Shown here piece after piece: positions 25,780-38,585 of a stretch of 64,000 nucleotides of DNA (positions are counted from its first letter, which is position 1; every line of letters begins with the position of its first letter). Source of the DNA: Nymphaea colorata. Lineage: Eukaryota. Where the stretch lies: positions 22,568,001 to 22,632,000 of the forward strand of contig NC_045138.2 in NCBI RefSeq assembly GCF_008831285.2, in the 5' to 3' direction. A program made the position numbers and the translations under genes. The notes beneath the pieces were generated by a model. It did no database searches, was not told the origin of the DNA, and saw only the letters and a program-made list of their open reading frames with translations.

Positions 25780-27360
25780 ATGGAAAAAAAGGCCAGTAGC
25801 ACAGGACCTACTAGGTGGGCCCGTCGATTATTGATATGATGGAAATTGTTGATGTATCGTCAAAGCACTCGCAAAGCGAAGCGTGAGGGAATGAGTGAAG
25901 CGAGTTCCTCAGCTCTGGGAGAGAATTCCATATTGTTTGGGATAGAGTCAAGGGCTCTGAGAAATCCTGAGGCTCAACACCCCCCCCCCCAAAATCAGTC
26001 AAGCCCCGTTAGCCTGGGCGGAGATGGGGATAAGGGACCTTCCAATCTTTGAGCCTATGTTCCAACCAAACCCGCGAAAGAATGCCCACCATTTCAGGAG
26101 ATTGATGGAATCTTGAAAGAAACCATCAAAAAACCTTGAAAGAAAAGTCAGGAGGCTCGCGTAGTTTGTTACGCCAGCTCCAAAAGGATAAGTTGCATTG
26201 GAATCGAGAAAGTAGGCACTAATGCCATTCAATTCAAAGTTGCGACTCAGTCGAAAGTCCAGAGTCTCAGAACGGCCAATCAAGACTTTGAGGTTTCCCC
26301 AGCAAGCCATCCAAGCGAGTTGGCCAGACGTCTGTGATGAAAAAAAAAGGAACTTGACGGCCGGAAGATAGATACAAAAACGTCTCCATGTCGTACGCCT
26401 GGAACAACATCGTACAATTTCGGCGATCCAAAAGGAGTGCGACCCGAACGAGCGACAGCGAAGCCTTCCATTTAGTAGCTTCCCTCACCCTACTATCATA
26501 GCTTAAGCTTCCCCAGTTTGGGGGATTAATTGATTGGATACCCCTTTGATTTACTGAAACTTGAGGAGGAATCAGTAGCATGTTCTCAAACGGCAAAGCC
26601 ACAAAGCCAAAGCTTTGCGAGTGTGCTTATGATTTGTGGTATGGTCAACACTAATGACATATAATTGCCATTGGGTATGTCAAGGGAATCCACGAAAAAG
26701 AGCAATTTCAACTTGATAGATGAGTGCTTTGTGCAAAGAAATCCCTATGGTTCAGTGCCTTCCAGAACAAAGGGAGTTCCCTTGCTCTTGCTGCGTATGA
26801 TTAGCTAGCCTTGCAGCGGCAAAAGGATTCGATGTCCCCCCATGCTACTGTTCCCTGCGTCCTCCTCATTCCCGGGAAGAGGAGCAGGGCCAGGTGAGTG
26901 GGGATGCAGCTCCGCGAATGGCCCATTTGGATGCCATTAGTACTTTTGAAGGAAAAGAAATATGGAAAGGTCAGGACTAATTGCAATTTCATGTTATTCA
27001 GACTAACCATACCAAAAAGATGGAATCTAGAAAGAAACCATTAAAAAATCTTGAAAGAAAGGTATTTGATGGTTATGGAAAGACCCGACATTGGATCAAA
27101 ACATGCGTTCGAGGATCTTTCCGTGGTGTGCTCCGTTTACTATTCTTTCGTACCCTCTTCTTTTTACCACGCGATAGGATAGCAAAGCGTGAGCGGGAGT
27201 GCGGCAACTTCAACACCATAAGCCAGTGAAGGGGTCAACTAGAAAGCACTGACTTAAGAAGAAATACGAGTGACATTGGGGTCTTTCTATTACGATGTCA
27301 GATAGATGGTCACCTCTTAATCGACAGCTACAACAACTGGAAGAAAGATACCCGGAGCTG
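25780..27360. other. Foreign ~1.6-kb insert in transposase intron 1, probably mitochondrial DNA (NUMT)
   Basis: Abruptly more GC-rich than the AT-rich flanks; contains GCAAAGCGAAGCG, CGAACGAGCGACAGCGAAGC and GCAAAGCGTGAGCG motifs resembling plant mtDNA intergenic short repeats. No organellar gene recognised, so origin is inferred. Confidence 0.5.
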
Positions 27361-27954
27361 TACTAACACATATTACATATCAATAGGATTGTTTGGGAGC
27401 AATGGATGGTACACACATTCCAGTATGTGTCAAAAGAGATGGCCAAAATCGTTAGCAAAATAGAAAATGTTCTTATTTCAAAATGTTTTAGCAATGGTGG
27501 GATTCAATATGTAATTTCACTACATACTAGCAGGTTGGAAAGGAAGTGCAACTGATGCAAGAGTATTATACAGTGCACTAGAAGTTAATCCTCATTCTTT
27601 AGAAATTCCACATGGTAAGAAAATAAACATCAATGGTTTAAATTCACATTCATCAATTTAATTGTTTGACTGACAAAACACATATTGTTGATTATAAAAT
27701 AAGTAAATATTATCTTACCGATGTTGAATAACCAAATATTGTCAGATTGTTAACTCCATGTATAAGATGTCGTTATCATCTATCAGAGTTTAATGTGTTC
27801 GAATCTAGGCAAAATGAGACAAAATAAGAATTATACAACTATAGACACTCATCTTTGTACACTACTATGAAGAGAGTGTTTGGTTTGCTTAAGGCAAGGT
27901 TTTCGATTTTGAAGAATCATGTGTCATATTTGATATCCACTCAAGTTAAAATTG

Positions 27955-28202
27955 TACAAACAACATGTGTTCTTCATAATTTTATAACCAACCACAATTC
28001 AAATGCTGAACAATTTTCTTCTGATGATATAAATGATAGTGAAGTAAGTGAAATTATAAATGATGATGAAAATACAATTATACAAACAACATGTGTTCTT
28101 CATAATTTTATAACCAACCACAATTCAAATGCTGAACAATTTCTTTCTGATGATATAAATGATAGTGAAGTAAGTGAAATTATAAATGATGATGAAAATA
28201 CT
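27955..28202 (+). repeat. 126-bp in-frame tandem duplication in transposase C-terminus
   Basis: QTTCVLHNFITNHNSNAEQF(S/L)SDDINDSEVSEIINDDENT encoded twice, units starting 27955 and 28081. Confidence 0.95.
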
Positions 28203-30084
28203 AAACAAACACAAATATGTGGTAGCAACAATGAACTTCGTAAATAAATTACTTCAACACTATGGAATGATACTCATTGCTACCATTCTCATTATATTAT
28301 ATGTCATTGTTTTAATTATAGCTGATTATTTTAATATTTTATAGTGATAATCTAATTATTTGTTTCTTTTTAATTTCTGAAATGTAGGAACCAGACGGTG
28401 ATGCCTCTTCTAAAGTATTACATGGTTTTAATGAGAAGAGTAGTGTGCAGGACAGAAGACTAGTTATCTAGCGAGTTGTCATAGTTATTTTTGTTTCATG
28501 GCTTACAACAGTTGAATATTTTAGACAATTTGTATTTTGTAGTTTTACTTAATACATGTGACTATATAGATGTTTAAACATTTTACAATAATGATGTTTT
28601 TGTTATAATATTATGGATCGTGTTATCGAATGTATTGATTTGCATATAACATATTGTTATGAATTTTGTACTTATTTTGATATAACATGTTCAAAAAATA
28701 AGATATCATATAGCAGACAGAACAAATATAATAGCCAAAATTGATTAGAGAAGATACAAACAACGGATAAAATAGACGGTTCGAACATAACATAAACAAA
28801 TACCAGACAGAACAGACAGAAGTAACCATGGAAGACACAAACATCGGATATGACAAAAACAAACGTTAGACAGAACAAACACACACAAAACAAACACCGA
28901 ACAAGAAGAACGTAGTGTTCTGTTTGTAAAATCATCAATCAGTGGACAAGAAACATTATTGTCCATGATGACAGGACAATAGTGTAAGGGACATGACGTC
29001 CTATCTATCATGTCCCAATGAACAACAATCAAACAACCTCTTAAGTAATTAACCTTAACCCATACAAATAGTCTTGATGAGTGGTCTAGTGTCATGTATG
29101 AGCATGTATGATCAATAGCCTACACTAGCCCGTACAAAATGTTTTATATATACATTGGTACTCATTAATTTTTTTCACTTACTTATATACTGAGTGCCTC
29201 TTAAAACTGAAATTACAATATTAGTTTCCATAACCGAAGTATTCTGGCTCTACTAATGGGCGTTCATAATTCATAGTTGGCAGAGGGTTTAATACCTTAT
29301 TCTTCTACTTCATGTTTTACATCATTGTGACACACTATAAGCTTGAAAGCTCTCGGATACTTCTCAAACAACGCCTAAATGTATTTATACCATTCACTTG
29401 GTCGAGCCGATAAAAATATTCACTTCTGATATATTGTTCGCCATACCAGATATTATAAGTTCTGAAAAATTTCATTGTGAAAATCAAGAATAGATAAGGG
29501 GAAAGAGAAGTAATGCAACACTCCATCCCTTACATTAACTTCCCTTTTAATCCAATGTCAACATCTCCCGATTCCATAGGATAGCAGTATTTTGGAGTCG
29601 TTTGGCTGTTAAAACAGTATATTAATGTTCGAAAGATTAAAACAGATTTAGCGAATACTAAAACTAATGTTTTATAAATTTCCCTAATTTTTTGAGTGGA
29701 TTCATACAACACTCGCATACTGTTCTACCTTTCAAAGGACCTCAACCTCTAAAGGATCGTTTGAATGAACTGGAACAATGCGGAACAAATGGTCCAAATA
29801 AACGGATTCGGGTTTACTCCTAGACAAAGCACGGGACCGAAAAGTCTAACCGACTAGGTTAGAGGCACCGCGGCGGCAACCACAGAAGAGGCGGTCGAGA
29901 GGGCACCCGCACGAAGGCGTCCACCACAGATATATATGCAGGAAGCTGCTCCATCTCAACTCCTGGCTCGTTTCGTCTCCTCCTGTAAGACAGGGGAACG
30001 AGGAAAGGAGGGAGAGATATTGGCAGGAAGAGGGAAAGCAAGTTGGGAAGTGTTGTGCATAGTCATACCTTCTTTTCTCTCCTG

Positions 30085-30392
30085 GTACGTCTCTCTCTCT
30101 CTCTCTTTCTCTCCCTCTCTCTCACTCACTCACACACACACACACATACACGCACAGAGACACGGACGTTCATCATAATCTGTAAAGTCTTTACACTGGG
30201 TTATCATTCTATTCCTTGATTTGACGCCTTGTCCTTGTTTTTTACCGGCATTCTTCTTCTTCTTCATGTTCTTCTTTTAATTCCCTGTTGATTGAATGTT
30301 CAAGGGATGTAGTTGAGTTCCATTTTGCTCGTTTCTCTCATTTCTTTCTCTCTGTCTGATTTATTTTCTTTTCTTCGCTTTTCATTTGCCAG
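30085..30392 (+). other. Putative 5'-UTR intron of BRR2
   Basis: Donor G|GTACGT at 30085, polypyrimidine tract and TTTGCCAG acceptor at 30392; TATA-like TATATAT at about 29931. Confidence 0.55.
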
Positions 30393-30533
30393 GAAGTAGC
30401 TGGTCGATCGAGGTATACGGGTTTTCAAAGTATTTCTGTGGACGAACTTAGGGTTTTCCTGTAGGGGCTCTTGGGGAGGCTAAATTAGGGTCTTCGTTGA
30501 ATTTCGAGGTTCGTTACTCTGTTTGGGTTTCAA

Positions 30534-33500
30534 ATGGCGCATTTGGGAGGCGGTGCTGAAGCACACGCGCGGTTCAAGCAGTATGAGTACCGGGCAAACT
30601 CGAGTTTGGTCCTGACTACTGACACTCGTCCTCGGGACACCCATGAACCCACTGGGGAACCGGAGTCGCTCTGGGGGAAGATTGATCCGAAGAAATTTGG
30701 CGACAGAGTGTTCCATGGCAAGCCCCCAGAGCTAGAAGAGAAGTTGAAGAAGTCGAAGAGAAAGAAGGAGAGGGAACCTGCTTCTGTGCCACTGAAGCGG
30801 GACAGCAAGCGAAGGAAGCTTCAGGAAGAAAGCGTGCTCTCGCTGGCTGATGAGGGGGTTTATCGGCCGAAGACAAAAGAGACCAGAGCTGCATACGAGG
30901 CTCTGCTCGGAATGATACAGCAGCAGTTTGGCGGGCAGCCCCAGGACATACTCAGCGGGGCTGCGGATGAGGTCCTGAAGGTGCTGAAGAACGATAAGAC
31001 CAAAAACCCCGACAAGAAGAAGGAGATCGAGAGTCTGCTGAACCCAGTCTCACAGCAGTTCTTCGATCAGTTAGTATCTATTGGCAAACTCATCACTGAT
31101 TATGAGGATGGAGCTGATGCAGGTAATACTGGGGGCACTGGAGAGCCCATTGATGACGATATTGGTGTCGCTGTAGAATTTGAAGATGAAGAGGAGGACG
31201 AGGAGAGTGACCTGGATCAGGTTCAGGAGCCCTCGGAGGGGGAAGAGGACGATGATGTGCAGGATGCTAACGGTATGGGAGGTATGCAGATGAGCCATGG
31301 CATCGATGATGATGAACTGGTGGAGGCGGATGAGGGGTTGAATGTTCAGGATATTGATGCCTACTGGCTTCAAAGGAAGATATCTCAGGCTTATGAAAAT
31401 ATCGACCCTCAACAGAGCCAAAAGCTTGCAGAAGAAGTGCTGAAAATATTGGCTGAAGGAGGGAAAGATAAAGATGTGGGCAACAATGTGGACAGAGATG
31501 TGGAGAACAAACTGGTGATGCTTCTTAATTATGAACATTTTAAGCTTATTAAGCTGATCACGCATAATAGGTTAAAAATTGTATGGTGTACCCGCCTGGC
31601 AAGAGCTGAGGATCAAGAGCAAAAGAAGCTTATTGAGGAGGAAATGCTGAACGGTGGGCCAGGTTTAGCTGCAATCCTTGAGCAGCTTCATGCCACAAGA
31701 GCCACTGCAAAGGAGCGGCAAAAGAATTTGGAAAAGAGTATCAGAGAGGAGGCTAGACGGCTGAAAGATGAGACCGGGGCAGGGGATAGATATCGTAGGT
31801 CCGATCGAGAAGGTGTTGGTGCAGATAACAGCTGGTTGAAAGGACAGCGCCAGCTGTTAGATTTGGAGAGCATTGCATTTCACCAAGGTGGTCTGTTAAT
31901 GTCTAAAAAGAAATGTGAGCTTCCTCCTGGCACTTTTAGAACTGCTCGGAAGGGATATGAGGAGGTTCATGTGCCAGCATTGAAAGCAAAACCTTTGACA
32001 GCAGGGGAAGAACTTGTTAAAATCTCATCCATGCCAGATTGGGCACAGCCAGCATTTGCTGAAATGAAGCAGCTCAACAGGGTTCAGAGCAAGGTTTATG
32101 AGACAGCTCTTTTTACACCAAAGAATATCCTTCTATGTGCACCTACTGGTGCTGGTAAGACGAATGTTGCTATGCTGACAATTCTCCAACAGATTGCTCT
32201 GTATAGGAATCAAGACGGATCTGTTAATACAAGCAAATTCAAAATTGTATACGTAGCTCCCATGAAAGCCTTGGTTGCTGAAGTTGTTGGAAACTTATCC
32301 AAGCGTTTGCAGTCCTATGGCATCTCTGTCCAAGAACTTACTGGGGATCAGACACTCTCCCGCAAACAGATAGAGGACACTCAGATAATAGTAACAACAC
32401 CTGAGAAATGGGATATTATTACAAGGAAATCTGGTGACCGCACCTATACTCAGCTTGTGAAGCTATTGATTATTGATGAGATTCATCTTCTTCATGATAA
32501 CAGAGGGCCTGTTCTTGAAAGTATCGTTGCTAGAACGGTAAGACAAGTAGAGACCACAAAAGAACTTATCAGACTGGTTGGTCTATCTGCTACACTTCCC
32601 AACTACGAGGATGTTGCATTATTTTTGCGTGTAGACCCTTCAGAAGGTCTGTTTCATTTTGACAATAGTTACAGGCCCTGCCCACTTGCTCAACAGTACA
32701 TTGGAATAACTGTCAAAAAGCCCTTGCAGAGATTTCAGCTGATGAATGAAATATGTTACGAGAAGGTTATGGGTGTTGCGGGAAAGCAGCAGGTGTTAAT
32801 CTTTGTCCACTCGAGGAAAGAAACTGCAAAAACTGCTCGTGCTATAAGGGACACTGCTCTTGCAAACGATGCCCTTGGACGGTTCATGAATGAAGATAGT
32901 GCTAGTCAAGAGATTCTTCGGAGTGAATCTGAAAAGGTCAAGAACAACGATCTTAAAGATCTTCTTCCTTATGGTTTTGCAATTCATCACGCAGGGATGG
33001 CTAGAGTAGACAGAACACTTGTTGAGGAACTTTTTGCTGATGGACATGTAAGGGTTTTGGTGTCAACAGCAACTCTTGCGTGGGGTGTTAACTTGCCGGC
33101 ACATACTGTCATCATAAAAGGAACCCAAGTATATAATCCAGAAAAAGGTGCCTGGACTGAACTAAGTCCACTGGATGTTATGCAGATGCTTGGTCGTGCA
33201 GGAAGACCTCAATATGACTCGTATGGGGAAGGGATAATACTGACAGGCCATAGTGAGCTGCAGTATTATCTTTCCCTTATGAATGAGCAGCTTCCGATAG
33301 AGAGTCAGTTTGTTTCTAAACTAGCAGATCAGTTGAATGCGGAAATTGTTCTTGGAACTGTTCAGAATGCAAGAGAGGCATGCACATGGATTGGGTACAC
33401 GTACCTGTACATTCGTATGCTTCGAAATCCTGTACTGTATGGAATGGCTGCTGATGTATTGGAGAATGACCAAACATTGGAAGAACGGAGAGCAGACCTG

Positions 33501-36500
33501 GTAAGCCAGTAATTTCATTATGATTATTTGAACCTTCTCCTTTGCTCTTAGTATACATCTGTGTCACAGGGGTGCTCCTAAACGGCTGTTGCACCCATAT
33601 CCCCGTATTGACACTGATGCTGGTGTTTTTTCCGACACAGCACCTCCAGTATGGTCAGCTGAACTGGGCCAAAACTAACCATTTTACATGCGCACCTGAC
33701 TAAACTAGCTCTAATACAAAGGATTTATATTGACTAAAATGTAAATATAGATAACTACAGCTACTAAACAGTTAATTAACTATATAACAAATGATACGCA
33801 CACACATATTTATATGCTTGCTGCATTTGAACATAAATTTTTTTGAAAATTACTGCATCCAAATATGCAACCACACCAGCACCTGCACCCCTCATCCATA
33901 TGATTTAGGTATAGAGACATACATGCACACATGTATATTTTTATTCATGCAGCAGTGTGCTTGACATGGTAAGATTTCTTAGCCTGTCTTGCATGTTTAG
34001 ATTGGCATGCATAAACTGATTACCCTGTTATTTTGTCATTTTATGATTACAGTAAGAATTTTTTTTCCCGCTTTTGAATTTGAATGAATTATGCTGTAGA
34101 ACTCCTCAGCAGATGTTGTTGTTGAAACTTTTTTGCTGTTGCTGGTTTATGTATTTTCTTTTTGCCTTGTAGAATCTTATTTTCTCATTTTCATGAGCTT
34201 GAATTACCTTGGTTCTTGTTGTTGATTGATAGAGATCATATTTGTGTCAGTGGTATGGCATCTACCATGAGACACATGACTCATTTTTGTAACGTTTCAC
34301 ACACATTATCTCGTCTTTTTTAATTGGGCATTTATATGTATAGACATAACAAAACAAAGCAGGCTTTTCTGAGTTCTTATCTGTATAACTGGTACGTCTT
34401 ACTTTGAATTCTAGCCGCGCTAAAAGCTTCGTAAAAATTGTTGTTCCTGTGGAAATGTTAACGAGGGAAAGTTTTGAAATATATTCTAAACAAAATATAG
34501 CCCCGAGGGTATAGCCACTAGACAGCAAGGCGGGTCTGTGTTATGATTCTCGTGGTTGCTGTCAGGGCCTAGTGTACTACTCCTTTGGACCGCAATAAGT
34601 CCCAAAGCAAGCTCTGTGAACCCCGAGGGTGAGGGACACGGGGGGCTACAGCCTTTTCAGGCCGGTGGAAAAATAACCACACACCCTGAAAGAAAAAAGG
34701 TATTTGACCAAAAAACATCAGGGAATCTCTCTATAAAATGTGTGTAAGATGAATAATAATTGGAAAAAACACATGTAGATAGTGCTAATCATTTTCCAAA
34801 GTGCATTCTTTTGCCTTTATATTAGGTTGCAACCTGAAATATAATGCCATTTTGTCTTGTGTGGTCTTGTCTTTTGAGCAGTCATGCTTGTATTTATTAG
34901 GTTTAGTAACTGATACCGCTTTTATTTCCTCTTTCTTTTTTCAGATCCATTCGGCTGCAACGATATTGGATAAGAATAACTTGGTTAAATATGATAGAAA
35001 GAGTGGGTATTTCCAGGTCACTGATCTTGGTCGGATTGCTAGCTATTATTATATTACCCATGAAACAATAGCTACATACAATGAGCATTTGAAGCCAACG
35101 ATGGGGGAAATTGAGCTTTACCGTTTGTTCTCATTGAGTGATGAATTCAAATATGTTACTGTGAGGCAAGATGAGAAAATGGAACTTGCTAAGCTCCTAG
35201 ATCGTGTGCCCATTCCTGTCAAGGAAAGCTTAGAAGAGCCCAGTGCAAAAATAAATGTCCTGCTTCAGGTGTATATTTCACGGCTTAAGCTGGAAGGGCT
35301 TTCTCTATCGTCAGATATGGTGTACATCACACAGGTATCTCTCTCTCTCTATCTCATGTTGTAGTATCTTCCTGTTTCTCGCTATTCAGTATAGTAACTG
35401 TATCTTGTCCATATGTGCAGAGTGCAGGACGCCTTCTGCGTGCACTTTTTGAAATTGTTTTAAAGAGAGGATGGGCCTTGCTTACTGAAAAGGCTTTAAA
35501 TTTGTGCAAGATGGTGACTAGGCGCATGTGGAGTGTCCAGTCCCCATTACGACAGTTCAGAGGAATCCCAAATGAATTGTTAATGAAGCTTGAGAAGAAG
35601 GACTTGGCTTGGGACAGGTACTATGACCTTTCACCTCAGGAGATTGGAGAGCTTATAAGATTTCCTCAAATGGGGAAGAAACTTCACAAATATGTTCATC
35701 AATTTCCAAAGCTGAATCTTGCTGCCCATGTGCAACCAATAACACGAACTGTTCTCAAAGTGGAACTCACTATAACTCCCGATTTTCAGTGGGATGAGGC
35801 AGTTCATGGATACGTTGAGCCCTTCTGGGTTATTGTTGAGGATAATGATGGAGAACACATCCTTCATCATGAGTATTTCATACTGAAGATGCAGTACATT
35901 GATGAGGATCATACTCTAAATTTTACTGTGCCAATTTATGAGCCGTTGCCTCCACAATACTTTGTTCGTGTTGTCTCTGATAAGTGGCTAGGTTCTCAGT
36001 CTGTATTGCCGGTTTCTTTTAGGCACTTGATTTTGCCGGAGAAATATCCTCCTCCAACTGAACTGTTGGACTTGCAGCCTTTGCCTGTGACTGCACTGAG
36101 AAATCCTTCATATGAATCTTTATATCAGGAATTTAAGCATTTTAATCCTATTCAGACTCAGGTCTTCACAGTCCTATACAACAGTGATGACAATGTCTTG
36201 GTTGCTGCACCAACAGGCAGTGGTAAAACCATCTGTGCTGAGTTTGCTTTGTTGAGGAATCATCAGAAAAGTTCGGAGAATGTTATGCGGGCTGTGTATG
36301 TTGCTCCTATTGAAGCTCTTGCCAGGGAAAGATACAGGGACTGGGAAAAGAAGTTCGGTAAGGGTTTGGGAGTACGAGTGGTGGAATTGACTGGTGAGAC
36401 GACTAGTGATCTTAAGCTTCTTGAGAAGGGGCAAATCATTATCAGTACTCCTGAAAAATGGGATGCTCTTTCACGGCGCTGGAAGCAAAGGAAGCATGTT

Positions 36501-38585
36501 CAACAGGTTAGCCTTTTCATCATTGATGAGCTTCATCTGATTGGTGGCCATGGAGGTCCAGTTTTGGAGGTCATTGTCTCTAGGATGAGGTATATTTCAA
36601 GTCAAGTGGAAAATAAGATACGAATAGTGGCTCTTTCAACTTCTCTTGCAAATGCTAAAGATCTTGGGGAGTGGATTGGTGCTTCTTCCCATGGCCTATT
36701 CAATTTTCCACCTGGTGTACGTCCTGTGCCTTTAGAAATTCACATTCAAGGTGTGGATATAGCAAATTTTGAAGCGAGGATGCAAGCAATGACAAAGCCA
36801 ACATTTACTGCTGTTGTTCAGCATGCAAAGAATGGGAAACCTGCTCTTGTGTTTGTCCCCACAAGAAAGCATGCCCGGCTTACTGCACTTGACTTGGTAA
36901 CTTATGCAACTGCTGATGGTGGAGAAAGACCCTCTTTTCTTCTACATTCTAAAGAAGAATTGTCCCCATTTCTGTCCAGGATTGGAGAACCTACTCTTAT
37001 TGATACTCTCCATTATGGTGTTGGCTATATACATGAAGGATTATCTAGTCTTGAAGTTGAAGTTGTATCGCAGCTGTTTGCTGCTGGTTGGATTCAGGTC
37101 TGTGTTGCAAGCAGCTCAATGTGCTGGGGAATGTCTTTGTCTGCTCACTTAGTTGTGGTAATGGGTACACAATACTATGATGGCAGAGAAAATGCTCACA
37201 CAGATTACCCAATAACAGATCTCTTACAGATGATGGGCCGTGCAAGTAGGCCATTGCAAGACAATGCAGGGAAATGTGTAATCTTGTGTCATGCTCCTCG
37301 GAAAGAATATTACAAAAAGTTTGTTTTTGAGGCATTCCCTGTGGAAAGTCATCTGCAGCACTTTCTTCATGACAATCTAAATGCAGAAGTTGTTGTCGGT
37401 ACCATTGAGAGCAAACAAGATGCTGTGGACTATCTTACCTGGACTTTCATGTATCGTAGACTTGCTCAAAATCCAAACTACTACAATCTACAGGGAGTCA
37501 GTCACAGGCATCTTTCAGATCATCTTTCTGAGCTTGTAGAGAATACTTTAAGTGATTTGGAAGCAAGCAAGTGTGTAGCCATAGAGGATGACATGTATCT
37601 GTCTCCTCTCAATTTGGGGATGATTGCATCCTATTATTACATCAGCTACACAACTATAGAGCGTTTCAGCTCATCATTGACTCCAAAGACAAGGATGAAA
37701 GGTCTCCTTGAAATTTTATCTTCTGCTTCAGAGTATTCACAACTTCCAATCAGGCCAGGCGAGGAAGAGTTGATAAGAAAATTGATTAACCACCAAAAGT
37801 TGCCAGTGGAGAAACCAAAATATAATGATCCACATGTTAAAGCAAATGCATTGTTGCAGGCTCACTTCTCCAGGCATACTGTTATTGGAAATCTTGCTGC
37901 TGATAAACGCGAAGTGGTTCTTTCAGCAGGCCGGCTACTGCAGGCAATGGTTGATGTCATTTCAAGTAATGGATGGTTCAAGCTCGCAATTTCTGCAATG
38001 GAGCTGAGTCAAATGGTGACTCAGGGTATGTGGGCAGACGATCCTGTCCTTTTGCAGCTTCCACACTTCACCAAGGAGCTTGCACGTAAATGTGAAAATG
38101 AGAGAAAAATCGACTCTGTGTTTGCTCTTGTGGAAATGGAGGATGATGAGAGGCGTGAACTGCTGCAGATGTCGGACTCACAGTTGCTGGATATTGCTCG
38201 ATTTTGCAACCGGTATCCTAATATTGATATAAATCTCGAGGTGCTAGAGAGAGATGATATTAGGGTAGGAGAAAACATAACCCTGCAAGTCACCCTTGAA
38301 AGAGACCTTGAGGGACGGACAGAAGTTGGTCCAGTTGATGCACCTAGGTATCCCAAAGCCAAAGAAGAAGGGTGGTGGCTTGTGGTAGGCGATCTAAAGA
38401 GCAATCAACTGCTTGCCATCAAGAGGGTGTCATTGCAGCGAAAGTCAAAGGTCAAGTTGGATTTTTCTGCACCATCGGAGGTAGGAAGGAGGGAGTACTG
38501 GTTATATTTCATGTGCGACTCCTACATGGGTTGTGATCAGGAATATGCGTTTGAAGTTGACGTCAAGGAAATGATGGAAGGATAG
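30534..38585 (+). CDS. BRR2: U5 snRNP 200-kDa DExH-box RNA helicase (Brr2/SNRNP200), ~2173 aa
   Basis: Exons 30534-33500, 34945-35334, 35421-38585 with GT-AG introns joining in frame; N-terminal [11 protein letters not shown], two Ski2-like helicase cassettes ([12 protein letters not shown] and [12 protein letters not shown]) each followed by Sec63-type domains. Confidence 0.98.
34501..34715 (+). mobile_element. tRNA-derived SINE copy in BRR2 intron 1
   Basis: Colinear similarity with the reverse complements of 54224-54390 and 63130-63261 (TAGC...CAGCAAG, B-box-like, TAAGTCCCAA.G.AAGCT...TGAACCC); A-rich 3' end. Confidence 0.6.

Larger units (their letters stand above)
25284..28247 (+). pseudogene. 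PIF/Harbinger DDE transposase pseudogene, 3 exons
   Basis: Exon 1 ...TIEEQVAMFLVTLGH...SYFK then GT donor at 25717; exon 2 from about 27387 DCLGAMDGTHIP...[12 protein letters not shown]; exon 3 KYYLTD...YNYRHSS...RVFGLLKARF...CVLHNF; in-frame stops and frameshifts. Confidence 0.9.
20723..29040 (+). mobile_element. PIF/Harbinger DNA transposon, 8.3 kb, defective
   Basis: TIR GAGGTTGATTGAT (20723) vs ATCAAACAACCTC (ends 29040), 12/13 match; TTA TSD at 20720-20722 and 29041-29043; CAGAACA/GGACA subterminal repeats at both ends; internal Harbinger transposase. Confidence 0.88.
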
